A stretch of DNA of 64,000 nucleotides from Chloroflexota bacterium. Lineage in GTDB: Bacteria > Chloroflexota > UBA11872. Below are positions 46,803-55,408 of this stretch, piece by piece (the first letter of the stretch is position 1; every line of letters begins with the position of its first letter). The DNA lies in contig DAOUIX010000141.1 of the NCBI GenBank assembly GCA_034423235.1, positions 2,158 through 66,157 on the forward strand. The letters are read 5' to 3'. The translations under genes were made by a program, and so were the position numbers. The notes under the pieces were generated by a model that was given only the letters and a program-made list of their open reading frames with translations, was not told the origin of the DNA and ran no database searches.

Positions 46803-48166
46803 ACCAGGCAGCCGCCGGCGCTGGGTCGTCTGGCGCGGCTACCCAGTCCCCATCGTTCAACCGGCGCGCGACTACCCTCCTGCTTCCGGCCTCCTTGAAT
46901 CTCGGGATCACCCACGTCCTCGCGCCAGCGCTCAACGGCCTTATGGCCCGCAGCGTCGAGCCGGAAGCCGCCATCGGCGGCTACGCCATTGCCATGGGCG
47001 TCATGGGCCTGGTGGCGCTGCCCCAGATGCGCATCCAGCAACTGACGCTGGTCTTTCTTGACGACCAGGGCTCGCTCAGCCGGCTCCGTCGCTTCGTCGC
47101 GCTATTTGCTCTGCTCAGTGGCCTCGTGGCCGCGGTCGTCGCTTTCACACCCTTGCTCCACGTGCTGCTCGACGGCGTATTCGCCACCACCGGCACTCTC
47201 CGCGCCGAGTCCGCGGCCGCCCTGGTCGCCCTCGCGCCCTTCCCGGTACTGGCCATCGTCCGCACTCACCTCTACGGCGTCGCGCTAAGGATTGGCCGCC
47301 CGCGCCTGGTATGGATCGGCACCGGCGCCGGTGCGGTCGCGGTCATCGCCGTTGCCGCGCTGGTGCTTTGGCTTGACTCGTCGGCCGGTGCAGCCATCGC
47401 CGCCATCGCGGTGACCGCCGGCGCCGGCGTTGAGACCCTCGTTCTCCTCGCGGGTACGGCAGGACCATTGCGCCGTGACCTCACCCCGTCAGCGGATTCG
47501 CCGCCCACCTACGGCGCCCTGCTCCGCTTCTTCGGGCCGCTGTTGGTGGCCGCCTTCCTGCCCGCCGTCACCCAGCCCGTCATCAACGCCATCCTCACGC
47601 GCGCCCCGGAGCCCGAGGCCAGCGTGGCCGCTGTGTCGCTCACCTTTGGCGTCAACCAGATCTTCCTGATCGCCCTCTGGGGCGTGCAGCCAACCCTGCT
47701 GGCCCTCATGGCTCGCGGCGAGAACCCCGCGGCCGCCCGGCGCTTCGCCAACATCGTCGGACTCATCACCGTGGGTCCCTCCGCCGTCGTCGCGTTCATT
47801 CCTGCGCTCACCAGCCTCGTCGTCCACGACTGGCTGGGCGCTACCGGCCGGCTTCAGGAGATGACCGAAACCGGCCTGCGCATCCTGGCCCTGCTGCCGC
47901 CCATCTTCGTGCAGGAAGCCATCTTCACCAGCGCCATCCTGCGCGTGCGCCGGGCCCATCTCCTCGTATACGTCAACGCGATCCGGCTCGTCGGACTTGT
48001 CGCCATCCTGCTCATCGGCGTCAACGCCACCGACCTGTCCGGCGGAGTCATTGGCATTACGGCTATCGGCGGCGCGCTCGTCATCGAAGCGATCGCGACC
48101 GTTGCCCTGGGCCGTGGCGCGCAGCGCCAACTCGAACGCGGATGGCAACCGCCTTTTTCCTTTTGA
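46799..48166 (+). CDS. Polytopic membrane protein, MOP-flippase/MATE-like (Wzx/MurJ-like)
   Basis: 455 aa, about 12-14 TM helices, Ala/Leu-rich, internal two-fold repeat. No catalytic motifs. Confidence 0.45.
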   Translation: MNQAAAGAGSSGAATQSPSFNRRATTLLLPASLNLGITHVLAPALNGLMARSVEPEAAIGGYAIAMGVMGLVALPQMRIQQLTLVFLDDQGSLSRLRRFVALFALLSGLVAAVVAFTPLLHVLLDGVFATTGTLRAESAAALVALAPFPVLAIVRTHLYGVALRIGRPRLVWIGTGAGAVAVIAVAALVLWLDSSAGAAIAAIAVTAGAGVETLVLLAGTAGPLRRDLTPSADSPPTYGALLRFFGPLLVAAFLPAVTQPVINAILTRAPEPEASVAAVSLTFGVNQIFLIALWGVQPTLLALMARGENPAAARRFANIVGLITVGPSAVVAFIPALTSLVVHDWLGATGRLQEMTETGLRILALLPPIFVQEAIFTSAILRVRRAHLLVYVNAIRLVGLVAILLIGVNATDLSGGVIGITAIGGALVIEAIATVALGRGAQRQLERGWQPPFSF

Positions 48167-48190
48167 CAGACGCAAATGCTTGTCTATCCT
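48163..48190 (+). promoter_or_regulatory. Sigma70-like promoter candidate (TTGACA-16nt-TATCCT) ahead of the ABC-transporter operon
   Basis: A perfect -35 hexamer, rare in this GC-rich DNA, then a -10-like hexamer 16 nt later. It heads a roughly 220-nt leader containing inverted repeats (gcggatgcg / cgcatccg; cggatc / gatccg). Confidence 0.25.
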
Positions 48191-48409
48191 CAGGTTCACG
48201 GCCCGAGAACCGCTTCGGCCCAAAGCACACGTGAGCAGATTCTGATGCGGATGCGCTCCTTCGTTACCCCGGCCACGCCCGGCCGGAGCTACCTGAGTTC
48301 CGCCGTGCCCTGACCCGCATCCGTCGCACGCCGCCGCCGCGGATCAGGCGCCGAACTCACGGGCGATCCGCGGTTTTTTGTTTGTCGCGAACTTTCGGGA
48401 ATTGAGGCC

Positions 48410-49240
48410 ATGCAACCCGCTGTATCCATCGACCACCTGGTCAAACGTTTCGACCCCGCCGGTTTCGGCGGCGCGTGGCGGCGCGCCCTGGGCCGTCCGC
48501 TCAAGGACCCCATCGTCGCCCTCGACGCCATCAATGTGAGCGTCCAACGCGGCGAGGTGTACGGCATCGTTGGCTCCAACGGTTCCGGCAAATCCACCCT
48601 GGCTCGTGTCATCGCCACGCTACTGCTGCCGGACTCGGGTTCGGTCCAGGTCTTCGGTCACGACGTCGTTAACGGGGCGCGCACCGTGCGCCGCTTCATG
48701 AACCGGGTCTCCGTCGAGGCGTCGTTCTTCAAGAAGCTCAGTCCGCTGGAGAACCTGGTCTTCACCGCCCGCATCTACGGCCTGCCGTCCGGCGACGCCC
48801 ACAGACGCATCTTCGGAATCCTCAAGCGCCTGGGCATCGAGGAGAAGGCAATCCGTCGCCCCATGGACCAGATGTCCCGCGGCCAGCAACAGAAGGTCGC
48901 CGTGGCCCGCGCGCTGCTGACATCGCCGGTGCTCCTGATTCTTGACGAACCCACCACGGGCCTCGATCCACGCTCCAAGCGCGAAGTCCAGGACTTCGTC
49001 CGCGAGGTCCGTGACACCCACGACGCCACCGTGATCCTTATGACGCACGACATGGACGAAGCCGAGCAGCTCTGCGACCGCCTGGCCGTAATCGACAAGG
49101 GTCGAATCCTGATCGAAGACAAGCCCAGTGCCCTGCGCCGCGAAGGCGAGACCCTGGAAGACGCCTTCATTCGGCTCACCGGCCACGCCGTTGAAGTTGA
49201 CGAACCCGACGAAACCGCCGACGACGGTGGGGGAGGCTGA
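48410..49240 (+). CDS. ABC transporter ATP-binding protein
   Basis: Walker A GSNGSGKST, signature MSRGQQQKV, Walker B LLILDEPTTGLD, H-loop MTHDM. Confidence 0.9.
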   Translation: MQPAVSIDHLVKRFDPAGFGGAWRRALGRPLKDPIVALDAINVSVQRGEVYGIVGSNGSGKSTLARVIATLLLPDSGSVQVFGHDVVNGARTVRRFMNRVSVEASFFKKLSPLENLVFTARIYGLPSGDAHRRIFGILKRLGIEEKAIRRPMDQMSRGQQQKVAVARALLTSPVLLILDEPTTGLDPRSKREVQDFVREVRDTHDATVILMTHDMDEAEQLCDRLAVIDKGRILIEDKPSALRREGETLEDAFIRLTGHAVEVDEPDETADDGGGG

Positions 49241-49244
49241 CTTG

Positions 49245-50069
49245 ATGGTTCCGTTGAGACGTGAGCTCGGCGCCTCATACGCCTTCGTGGAACGCAACTT
49301 CCGCGCCGTGCGCCGCTACTGGGGTTGGGAGGTCGTGTTCCTCGTCTACGCCATCGTCAATGCGCTCACCGTGGCCTACATCGCGCCTGGAGGCGTAGTC
49401 GTGGCCGGTCAGCAATTCGATGCCGACCGGCTGGTGCTATTCCTGGTTGTCGGCACCGTGGTCTGGGCGTACCTGAACAGCGTCTTCGACTCCGTGGCGT
49501 TCATGGTCTCGTGGGAGCGCTGGGAAGGCACGATCGAAAGCACCTTCATGGCCCCCATCCGCCGGGTGACCTTCATCGCCGGCAGTTCCGCCTTCGCCGT
49601 GCTCTACTCGTTCGCCCGCGCCGTCGTCATCCTCGTGGTCGTGGCCCTGTTCTTCAGTCTCGATCTGGCCTCGGCCAACTGGGTAGGCGCCTTTGCCGTG
49701 CTGGCCATCGGCAGCCTGGGGCTGCTCGGCATCGGCATCATGTCAGCCTCGTTGCCCCTGCTGTTCCTGGAACGTGGCTCCCAGATGACCGTGGTTGTCC
49801 AGGCCTCGCTGCTGCTCGTGTCCGGCGTGTACTACCCAGTCGAGGTTCTGCCCGACTGGCTGGAGTGGTTCTCGGTGATCTCGCCCGCCACCTACGTTCT
49901 CAACGCCATGCGCGCCGCGGTGCTCGACGGCGTCACCCTGACGGACCTGCTGCCCCATTTTGGTCCGCTCATGCTCATCACCGCCGTCACCCTGCCCGTC
50001 GGCGTCTGGGTCTTCGGCTGGGCCGAACGCTACGCCCTGCGCCACGGCCGCCTGAAGCGCAGCGGCTGA
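49245..50069 (+). CDS. ABC-2-type transporter permease
   Basis: About 274 aa, 6 TM helices. ATG 5 nt after the ATPase stop with a GGGAGG RBS. Confidence 0.75.
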   Translation: MVPLRRELGASYAFVERNFRAVRRYWGWEVVFLVYAIVNALTVAYIAPGGVVVAGQQFDADRLVLFLVVGTVVWAYLNSVFDSVAFMVSWERWEGTIESTFMAPIRRVTFIAGSSAFAVLYSFARAVVILVVVALFFSLDLASANWVGAFAVLAIGSLGLLGIGIMSASLPLLFLERGSQMTVVVQASLLLVSGVYYPVEVLPDWLEWFSVISPATYVLNAMRAAVLDGVTLTDLLPHFGPLMLITAVTLPVGVWVFGWAERYALRHGRLKRSG

Positions 50070-50083
50070 GACCGGTCAGGCGT

Positions 50084-51772
50084 CTACGCGAGGTCGACTG
50101 CGCCAGTCTCGGCCAGGCGTTGCAGCGTCGCGGACACAAGGTCGCGCAGATCGGATTCGATCGGTGTGCCGGCGTAGCGCTCCCGCAGATCGGCGGCGAT
50201 GTCCAACCCGCTGCGGCGGCCGTCCAGCCGCTCCAGCACCGGGAGCGCCGCGATCGGCAGCTCAATGTGCTCCGGACCGGCGTTGGGGTGCACCCGCGTG
50301 ACTCGCGTGATCGGTCGCAGAAGCTCCTCGTGTTCAGCCATGTGCGGGCGAAAACTGATGGCTTCACCCAGCCGTGGTCGTCCAAGCAGCACGCTGGTGG
50401 TCGTGTGGGTTCGCGTCGGCGATTGCCCGAATCTCACCTCTTCCTGGCTGATCTCGGTTTGACTGTCGGCATCAAGGTCCGTCGCCAGGTTGTCGTAGAT
50501 CAATTCCAACTGCCGCGGGCTGTACCCGCCGGCCGACCGCAACTTCCCGCCAGCCCCCTGCGTGCCTGTAACGCCGGCTGACAGGTGGATAAAGGCCTGG
50601 CGGATTGAGAAGTTGCGCGTCGGATCGGCCAGCTTCTTGGCGCGCCAGAACCAAGCATCCGCCTCGGCGTGCCCGCCGTACCAGTGCTCGGCCAGGTCCG
50701 CGAAGTCCGTGGCGATACTCCGGTACTCCGTTTCGTACCAGTCCATCGCCAGCCCTTGCAGCCACGGCGCAGCGCGTCCCGTCCGGATCGCCCGCGCGGC
50801 TCGCAGCGCCCCATTGACCGCCAGCGTCACGCCCGTTGAAAGAATCGGGTCGATGAAGCACGCCGCATCGCCAACCTGTAGATACCCGGGACCGGCGAAT
50901 CTGGAACAGAAGAACGACCAATCGCTCAGCGTCTCGACCCGCTCGCTCACCCACTCGCTGCCCTCCAACAGTGCGGCAATCTCGGGACACGCTCGAACTT
51001 GCTCCAGGTAGTAGTCCGTCCGGCTGCCCGCGTTAAGGCTGGCCACCGCGTCTGGATCCGTTACCAGCCCCACGCTGCGCATCGTGTCCGCGATCGGGAT
51101 GTGCCAGATCCACCCGTCCGGCACCGTCACGATCAGGATGTTCCCTGCGTCCTTTGTGTCTTCGGACCCGAGCACCTCGTCCAGGTCGCGGCCGCCGCTC
51201 CAGTGTCCGTAGAAGGCCACGTGACGCAGCGCTGTGTTGTACTGACGCGTCCGGAATACCCGCCCGAACAGCGCGTCCTGCCCCGTCGCGTCGATAGTCA
51301 GATCGGCCGTCAGCGCGCGCTCGCGCCCGTCCGCCGCTCGAACTCGCGCACCGTGAACGTCATCCGCCGAACCAACCGGCCCCAGCGCCGTGACGCCTTG
51401 CCGAACCTCCACGCCTTCCGCCGCCGCGTGGTCCAGCAGCAGCTTGTCGAACCTCGCGCGGTCCACCTGCCAGGCATAGGCCTGGTCCGGGTACACCTCG
51501 CTGAACTTCACCGTCCACGGTTCGCGCGTTCGGCCCCAGATGTAGGTCGCCCCGAACTTCTGGGTGAATCCGGCCTGCTCCACGAGCGGCAGCGCCCCGC
51601 TCGCATCCAGCGCCGGCAGCACGCCCGGAATCAGCGACTCGCCTACGTGCGGACGCGGCATGTGCTCGCGCTCAACCAGCGCCACCCGCATTCCGTCCTG
51701 GGCCAGCAACGTGGCCAGCGTTGAGCCGGCCGGTCCGCCGCCCAGGATCAGCGCGTCGTAGCCGTTGCTCAC
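50084..51772 (-). CDS. Flavin-dependent halogenase-like FAD enzyme with C-terminal PqqD/RRE-like domain
   Basis: GTG start overlaps the upstream stop (GTGA). Contains GxGxxG (ILGGGPAGS), the halogenase hallmark WxWxIP (GWIWHIPI) and GDAACFIDPILSTG. The C-terminal 70 aa (IELPIAALPVLERLDGRRSGLDIAADLRERY...DLRDLVSATLQRLAETGAV) follows the PqqD/RiPP-recognition-element pattern. The track's 795-aa form has a spurious Gly/Arg-rich N-terminus. Confidence 0.7.
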   Translation of the reverse strand: MSNGYDALILGGGPAGSTLATLLAQDGMRVALVEREHMPRPHVGESLIPGVLPALDASGALPLVEQAGFTQKFGATYIWGRTREPWTVKFSEVYPDQAYAWQVDRARFDKLLLDHAAAEGVEVRQGVTALGPVGSADDVHGARVRAADGRERALTADLTIDATGQDALFGRVFRTRQYNTALRHVAFYGHWSGGRDLDEVLGSEDTKDAGNILIVTVPDGWIWHIPIADTMRSVGLVTDPDAVASLNAGSRTDYYLEQVRACPEIAALLEGSEWVSERVETLSDWSFFCSRFAGPGYLQVGDAACFIDPILSTGVTLAVNGALRAARAIRTGRAAPWLQGLAMDWYETEYRSIATDFADLAEHWYGGHAEADAWFWRAKKLADPTRNFSIRQAFIHLSAGVTGTQGAGGKLRSAGGYSPRQLELIYDNLATDLDADSQTEISQEEVRFGQSPTRTHTTTSVLLGRPRLGEAISFRPHMAEHEELLRPITRVTRVHPNAGPEHIELPIAALPVLERLDGRRSGLDIAADLRERYAGTPIESDLRDLVSATLQRLAETGAVDLA

Positions 51773-52644
51773 GCGCAAAGGTGTTGCCGGCGTAGTTCCC
51801 GGCTCTCCGCTGCGAGCCCCGCGGCAGCCAGCAGCTCCGCCGCCCTGGCGTATCCAGCCTTGTGGTCCGCGCTTCCGCTGATCTTCAGGGCCCGAGCACG
51901 CGCCTGCCACGCCCGTGCGGCCACCAGCGGTGCTCGCTCGTCGTCCACGACCTTCAGGGCCGTGTCCGCCAGCCCTTGCGCCGCTGATGCGAACTGCTGC
52001 CGCTCGGTCTTTGGATGGTCCAGCAGCAACCCGCTCAGCAGGAGTTGGCAACGGGCATGCGCCGTGGCGTCGACGTCTGCAGTCAACGTAGCGGCCGCGC
52101 GTCGAGCGTGCCCCACGGCACGCTCGATCAGCGGGGCCCGATCGTCGGTCGGGTAGATCGCAAACACCTCCGCAATCTCCAGGTCGGTGCGCGCGGCCGC
52201 CGCGGCGTCTCCCGCCGTCTGGCGGTATTGTGCCGCCGCCAGCAGGTCCATTGCCGACGATTCCAGCACCCGGGCGTGGTCGTCGTCCCCTGGCACTGCA
52301 GCCAGGCGGCGCGCAACGCCCCGAGCCTCCTGTGCGTCGGCCCGCGCTGGCTGTTCCGAGCCCGGAAGACTCTCGAGCCAGCGTTCCGCTGCCTCTACGG
52401 CCTCGCGCGCCTGGGCTCTTGTCACCGCCTGTCCGGCCTGCGCCATCGCCCGCAGGCCCAGCGCCAACCACCGCGCGGCTCGCACCGACGCCGTCGGAAA
52501 CGACTCGAATTCGAGAACCGTCCAGGCCCGCCGGGCGGCTGCAAACCGTCCCGCAGTTTCGGTCGTTGCGGCGTCGCCCATCGCCGCCACGGCGAACCCC
52601 AGGGGATCCACCGCCAGGTCCACGGTCGACGCGTCAGAAGTCAT
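51769..52644 (-). CDS. Ala-rich all-helical hypothetical protein, translationally coupled to the halogenase-like gene
   Basis: 291 aa with no recognizable catalytic motif. Its stop overlaps the halogenase GTG. Confidence 0.45.
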   Translation of the reverse strand: MTSDASTVDLAVDPLGFAVAAMGDAATTETAGRFAAARRAWTVLEFESFPTASVRAARWLALGLRAMAQAGQAVTRAQAREAVEAAERWLESLPGSEQPARADAQEARGVARRLAAVPGDDDHARVLESSAMDLLAAAQYRQTAGDAAAAARTDLEIAEVFAIYPTDDRAPLIERAVGHARRAAATLTADVDATAHARCQLLLSGLLLDHPKTERQQFASAAQGLADTALKVVDDERAPLVAARAWQARARALKISGSADHKAGYARAAELLAAAGLAAESRELRRQHLCA

Positions 52645-52761
52645 GACAGCGCCAACGCTGGTGTGTGGAAGTGTCGCGGAATCATGGGAGAATCAGTCTA
52701 GCCGCAGGCTCCGGATCGTTGGTCTGCCAATCGGACGACGTCTCGACAGAGGGGAATAATC

Positions 52762-53553
52762 ATGGCTACCCAAACGCTCGCACGCCTGACGCCAGCGCAG
52801 GTCCACGCGTTCTGGCGCGACGGATACCTTGCCCTGCCGGACTTTCTTAGCGACGACGACATCGCCACCCTGCGGACCAGCATGGACGCTCTGGAGAGTT
52901 GGGCGCAGAGCCATGAGCACCGCGACTTCCAGCGCGAACCGAATGCGCTCCACACCGAGCGGCTCGCGATCCGCAAAATCAACCACATTCACAAATACGG
53001 CGGGGTGATCTGGGACGAATTGATGCGCCGCGACGAAGTGCTGGACCTCATGGAAGATCTCATCGGTCCTGACATCCGGTTCCATCACTCCAAGATGATG
53101 GTGAAGCCGCCGTTCGAAGGCTCCGCCAAGCCCTGGCACCAGGACCTGCCGGAAGGCTTCATCACGCACGAGGAAGCCGACCGTCTCCGCCCTTGGGGAA
53201 CCGACTTGCAGCCCGAGCAGGTGCCGGTCGTCGCCATCCAGTACTACCTGGACGATTCGACGCTTGAGAACGGCTGCATCCAGGTCGTCCCAGGCAGCCA
53301 CCGACGCGGCTTGTTCGAAGACCCCTTGCACGAGTCGCTGATTGATCAGTCGGAAGTCGTGGCCGCCGAGCTCAAGACTGGCGGCGCGCTGCTGTTTCAC
53401 TGCCTGACGTACCACTATTCGGCGCCAAACACCTCTCCGAACGGGCGTCGCGGCGTCGTGTACGAGTACATGGCCCCGGCAACGGGTGTGGAGCTCTCCT
53501 ACGACGTCGAAGCCGACGCTGGCTGGGGGACGCCGCTGCGCGGCGCCGACTAG
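52762..53553 (+). CDS. PhyH-family Fe(II)/2-oxoglutarate-dependent dioxygenase
   Basis: KPWHQDLPEG (HxD) plus a distal His (FHCLTYHYS). PhyH-like size. GAGGGG RBS. Confidence 0.8.
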   Translation: MATQTLARLTPAQVHAFWRDGYLALPDFLSDDDIATLRTSMDALESWAQSHEHRDFQREPNALHTERLAIRKINHIHKYGGVIWDELMRRDEVLDLMEDLIGPDIRFHHSKMMVKPPFEGSAKPWHQDLPEGFITHEEADRLRPWGTDLQPEQVPVVAIQYYLDDSTLENGCIQVVPGSHRRGLFEDPLHESLIDQSEVVAAELKTGGALLFHCLTYHYSAPNTSPNGRRGVVYEYMAPATGVELSYDVEADAGWGTPLRGAD

Positions 53554-53652
53554 ACTCAGCCTCACGCCCGTCCGCCGGCGGTCGGCGGATTTGCCGACCA
53601 TGCCGCTAGCTTGTCACGCTGGGCCTCACACCGCGCCGTAGGAGCACCTCCC

Positions 53653-54780
53653 GTGGGCAACAAGCCGACATATAAAGTCGCGCTGGTGAGTTGCGCCATG
53701 CACCAGCCGCAGCAGTACGCCCCGACGTTCGCCACCCACCCGCGCACCGAGGTGGTCTGCGTGGCGGACGACCCCAATGAGATCGACGACTACGTCGTCG
53801 AAACCAACCGCTCCGAGGCCGACCTCTACGGCGTGCCGTACATCGAGAGCATCGACGCCGTGGCCAACGACCCGTCAATTGACATCGTCAGCGTCTGCCC
53901 GCAACTCGAACGTCGCGGCGGTGTTTCGGCTCGCCTGGCCGAAGCCGGCAAGCACCTGTTCATGGACAAGCCCAACGCCATTACCGTGGCCGAAGCGCGT
54001 GCCATCGCGGATGCTGCCCGCGCCAACAACGTCCGCACCGTCATCTACGGACGCCACCTCTCGACAATGATGCGGCAGATCAAGAGCGAGTTGGACGCCG
54101 GCTCGATCGGCGAACTCAAGACCATTCACTGGGACCTGATCTTCGCCAAGGGCCAGGCCGGCACCGTTCCCGACGACTGGTCGACCGCTATCTCGCAGGA
54201 CCTCTCCCGCTTCACGTACCGTGCGGAAAACGCCGATCCCTCGGGCTCTGGACACAACGTCTGGGCCAAGCGCGAGCTACACGAGATCGGCCTCTACCCG
54301 GTCGGCCAGGTGCAATACCTTGCCGATTCGCCGGTAAGCACGGTCTACGCGCAGCTAGGTCAGTACTGGCTGGGCACCCATGCCGAGCGCGGCCTCGAAG
54401 ACTTCGCCGTTCTGCACATGACCTTCGAGAACGGCGTGACCTCCACCATCACCACCGGCCGTTACGGCCGCGAAACCGACCCCGGCAGCGGCGTGGACAA
54501 GGTGTCGGTGGTCGGAACCCGCAGCGCCATCGTGGCGGATGGCTCGCCGCCCACGGCCATGGCCTATGGCACACCCGGCGACGATGGCAAGGGAGCGACC
54601 CGAGTCGACGCCATGGACTCAGGCGGCATTGAGGCGCTCATCGACGAGTTCATTGTCTGCATCGACGAAGGACGGGAGACCCTCAATAACGCTGATGCCG
54701 GCATCGCCCAGGTCGAAACCCTGCTCGCCGGCTACGCTTCCTACTTCAGCGGACAGCCCGTCGCGCTGCCGCTGGAATGA
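53653..54780 (+). CDS. Gfo/Idh/MocA-family oxidoreductase (divergent N-terminus)
   Basis: KVALVSC... Rossmann-like start, MDKPNAITV (the EKP motif), and a C-terminal alpha/beta domain typical of the family. GTG start. Confidence 0.65.
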   Translation: MGNKPTYKVALVSCAMHQPQQYAPTFATHPRTEVVCVADDPNEIDDYVVETNRSEADLYGVPYIESIDAVANDPSIDIVSVCPQLERRGGVSARLAEAGKHLFMDKPNAITVAEARAIADAARANNVRTVIYGRHLSTMMRQIKSELDAGSIGELKTIHWDLIFAKGQAGTVPDDWSTAISQDLSRFTYRAENADPSGSGHNVWAKRELHEIGLYPVGQVQYLADSPVSTVYAQLGQYWLGTHAERGLEDFAVLHMTFENGVTSTITTGRYGRETDPGSGVDKVSVVGTRSAIVADGSPPTAMAYGTPGDDGKGATRVDAMDSGGIEALIDEFIVCIDEGRETLNNADAGIAQVETLLAGYASYFSGQPVALPLE

Positions 54781-54787
54781 GTTTGAC

Positions 54788-55408
54788 CTAGTCGGGCCGC
54801 GCGTCCTCGGCCGACGAGCCCTTCTGCCGCTCGAGTTCCCCGTGCACGTGCAGGATGCGTTGAATCGCGGTGATCTGCGTCACCACGCTGAGCAGCCACA
54901 GACCGGCGCTCAGCAGCCAGGCCGGTCCCAGCAGGGCAATGCCCAGCACCAGCAGGCGCTCCGGCCGCTGAAGAACCCCAATCTCGCAGTCCACGCCCAA
55001 ACCCTCGGCGCGCGCTCGCGTGTAACTGATCAGCATCGAACCCAGCATCGTGGTCACGGCCAGCACCACCTCGATCCGCGCGTCCTGTGCCACGAAATAC
55101 CAGACCAGCCCCGTGAAGATCAGCCCTTCCGCCCAGCGATCCAGGGTCGAGTCCAGAAACGCGCCGAACTTCGATCCGTTGCCGCTCACGCGCGCTACCG
55201 CGCCGTCCAGCATGTCGAACCCACCGGTCACCAGCACCAGTAGCCCGCCGGCCAGCGTCCAGCCAAAGCCGATGCAGACGGCCGTGACGACGCTCACCAG
55301 CAGGCCAGCCACCGTGAGCGCGTTCGGATCGATCCCGGTCCGAGCCAGCGGACCCACCAGGCGCTCCACCGTGCGGCGCGTGCTTGCCTCGATGTGCGCC
55401 TTGTTCAC
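54788..55408 (-). CDS. CDP-alcohol phosphatidyltransferase (PgsA/phosphatidylinositol-phosphate synthase-like)
   Basis: DMLDGAVAR...G...GAFLDSTLDRWAE is the D-G-x-AR...G...D...D signature. 5-6 TM helices. Confidence 0.85.
   Translation of the reverse strand: MNKAHIEASTRRTVERLVGPLARTGIDPNALTVAGLLVSVVTAVCIGFGWTLAGGLLVLVTGGFDMLDGAVARVSGNGSKFGAFLDSTLDRWAEGLIFTGLVWYFVAQDARIEVVLAVTTMLGSMLISYTRARAEGLGVDCEIGVLQRPERLLVLGIALLGPAWLLSAGLWLLSVVTQITAIQRILHVHGELERQKGSSAEDARPD

Noticed and set aside
50084-52471. 795-aa version of the halogenase-like ORF with a 230-aa Gly/Arg/Pro-rich N-terminus
   Set aside because: The N-terminal extension is low complexity and overlaps the upstream gene. The GxGxxG motif begins 6 residues after an internal GTG that forms a GTGA overlap with the upstream stop, so the start was placed at 51772.
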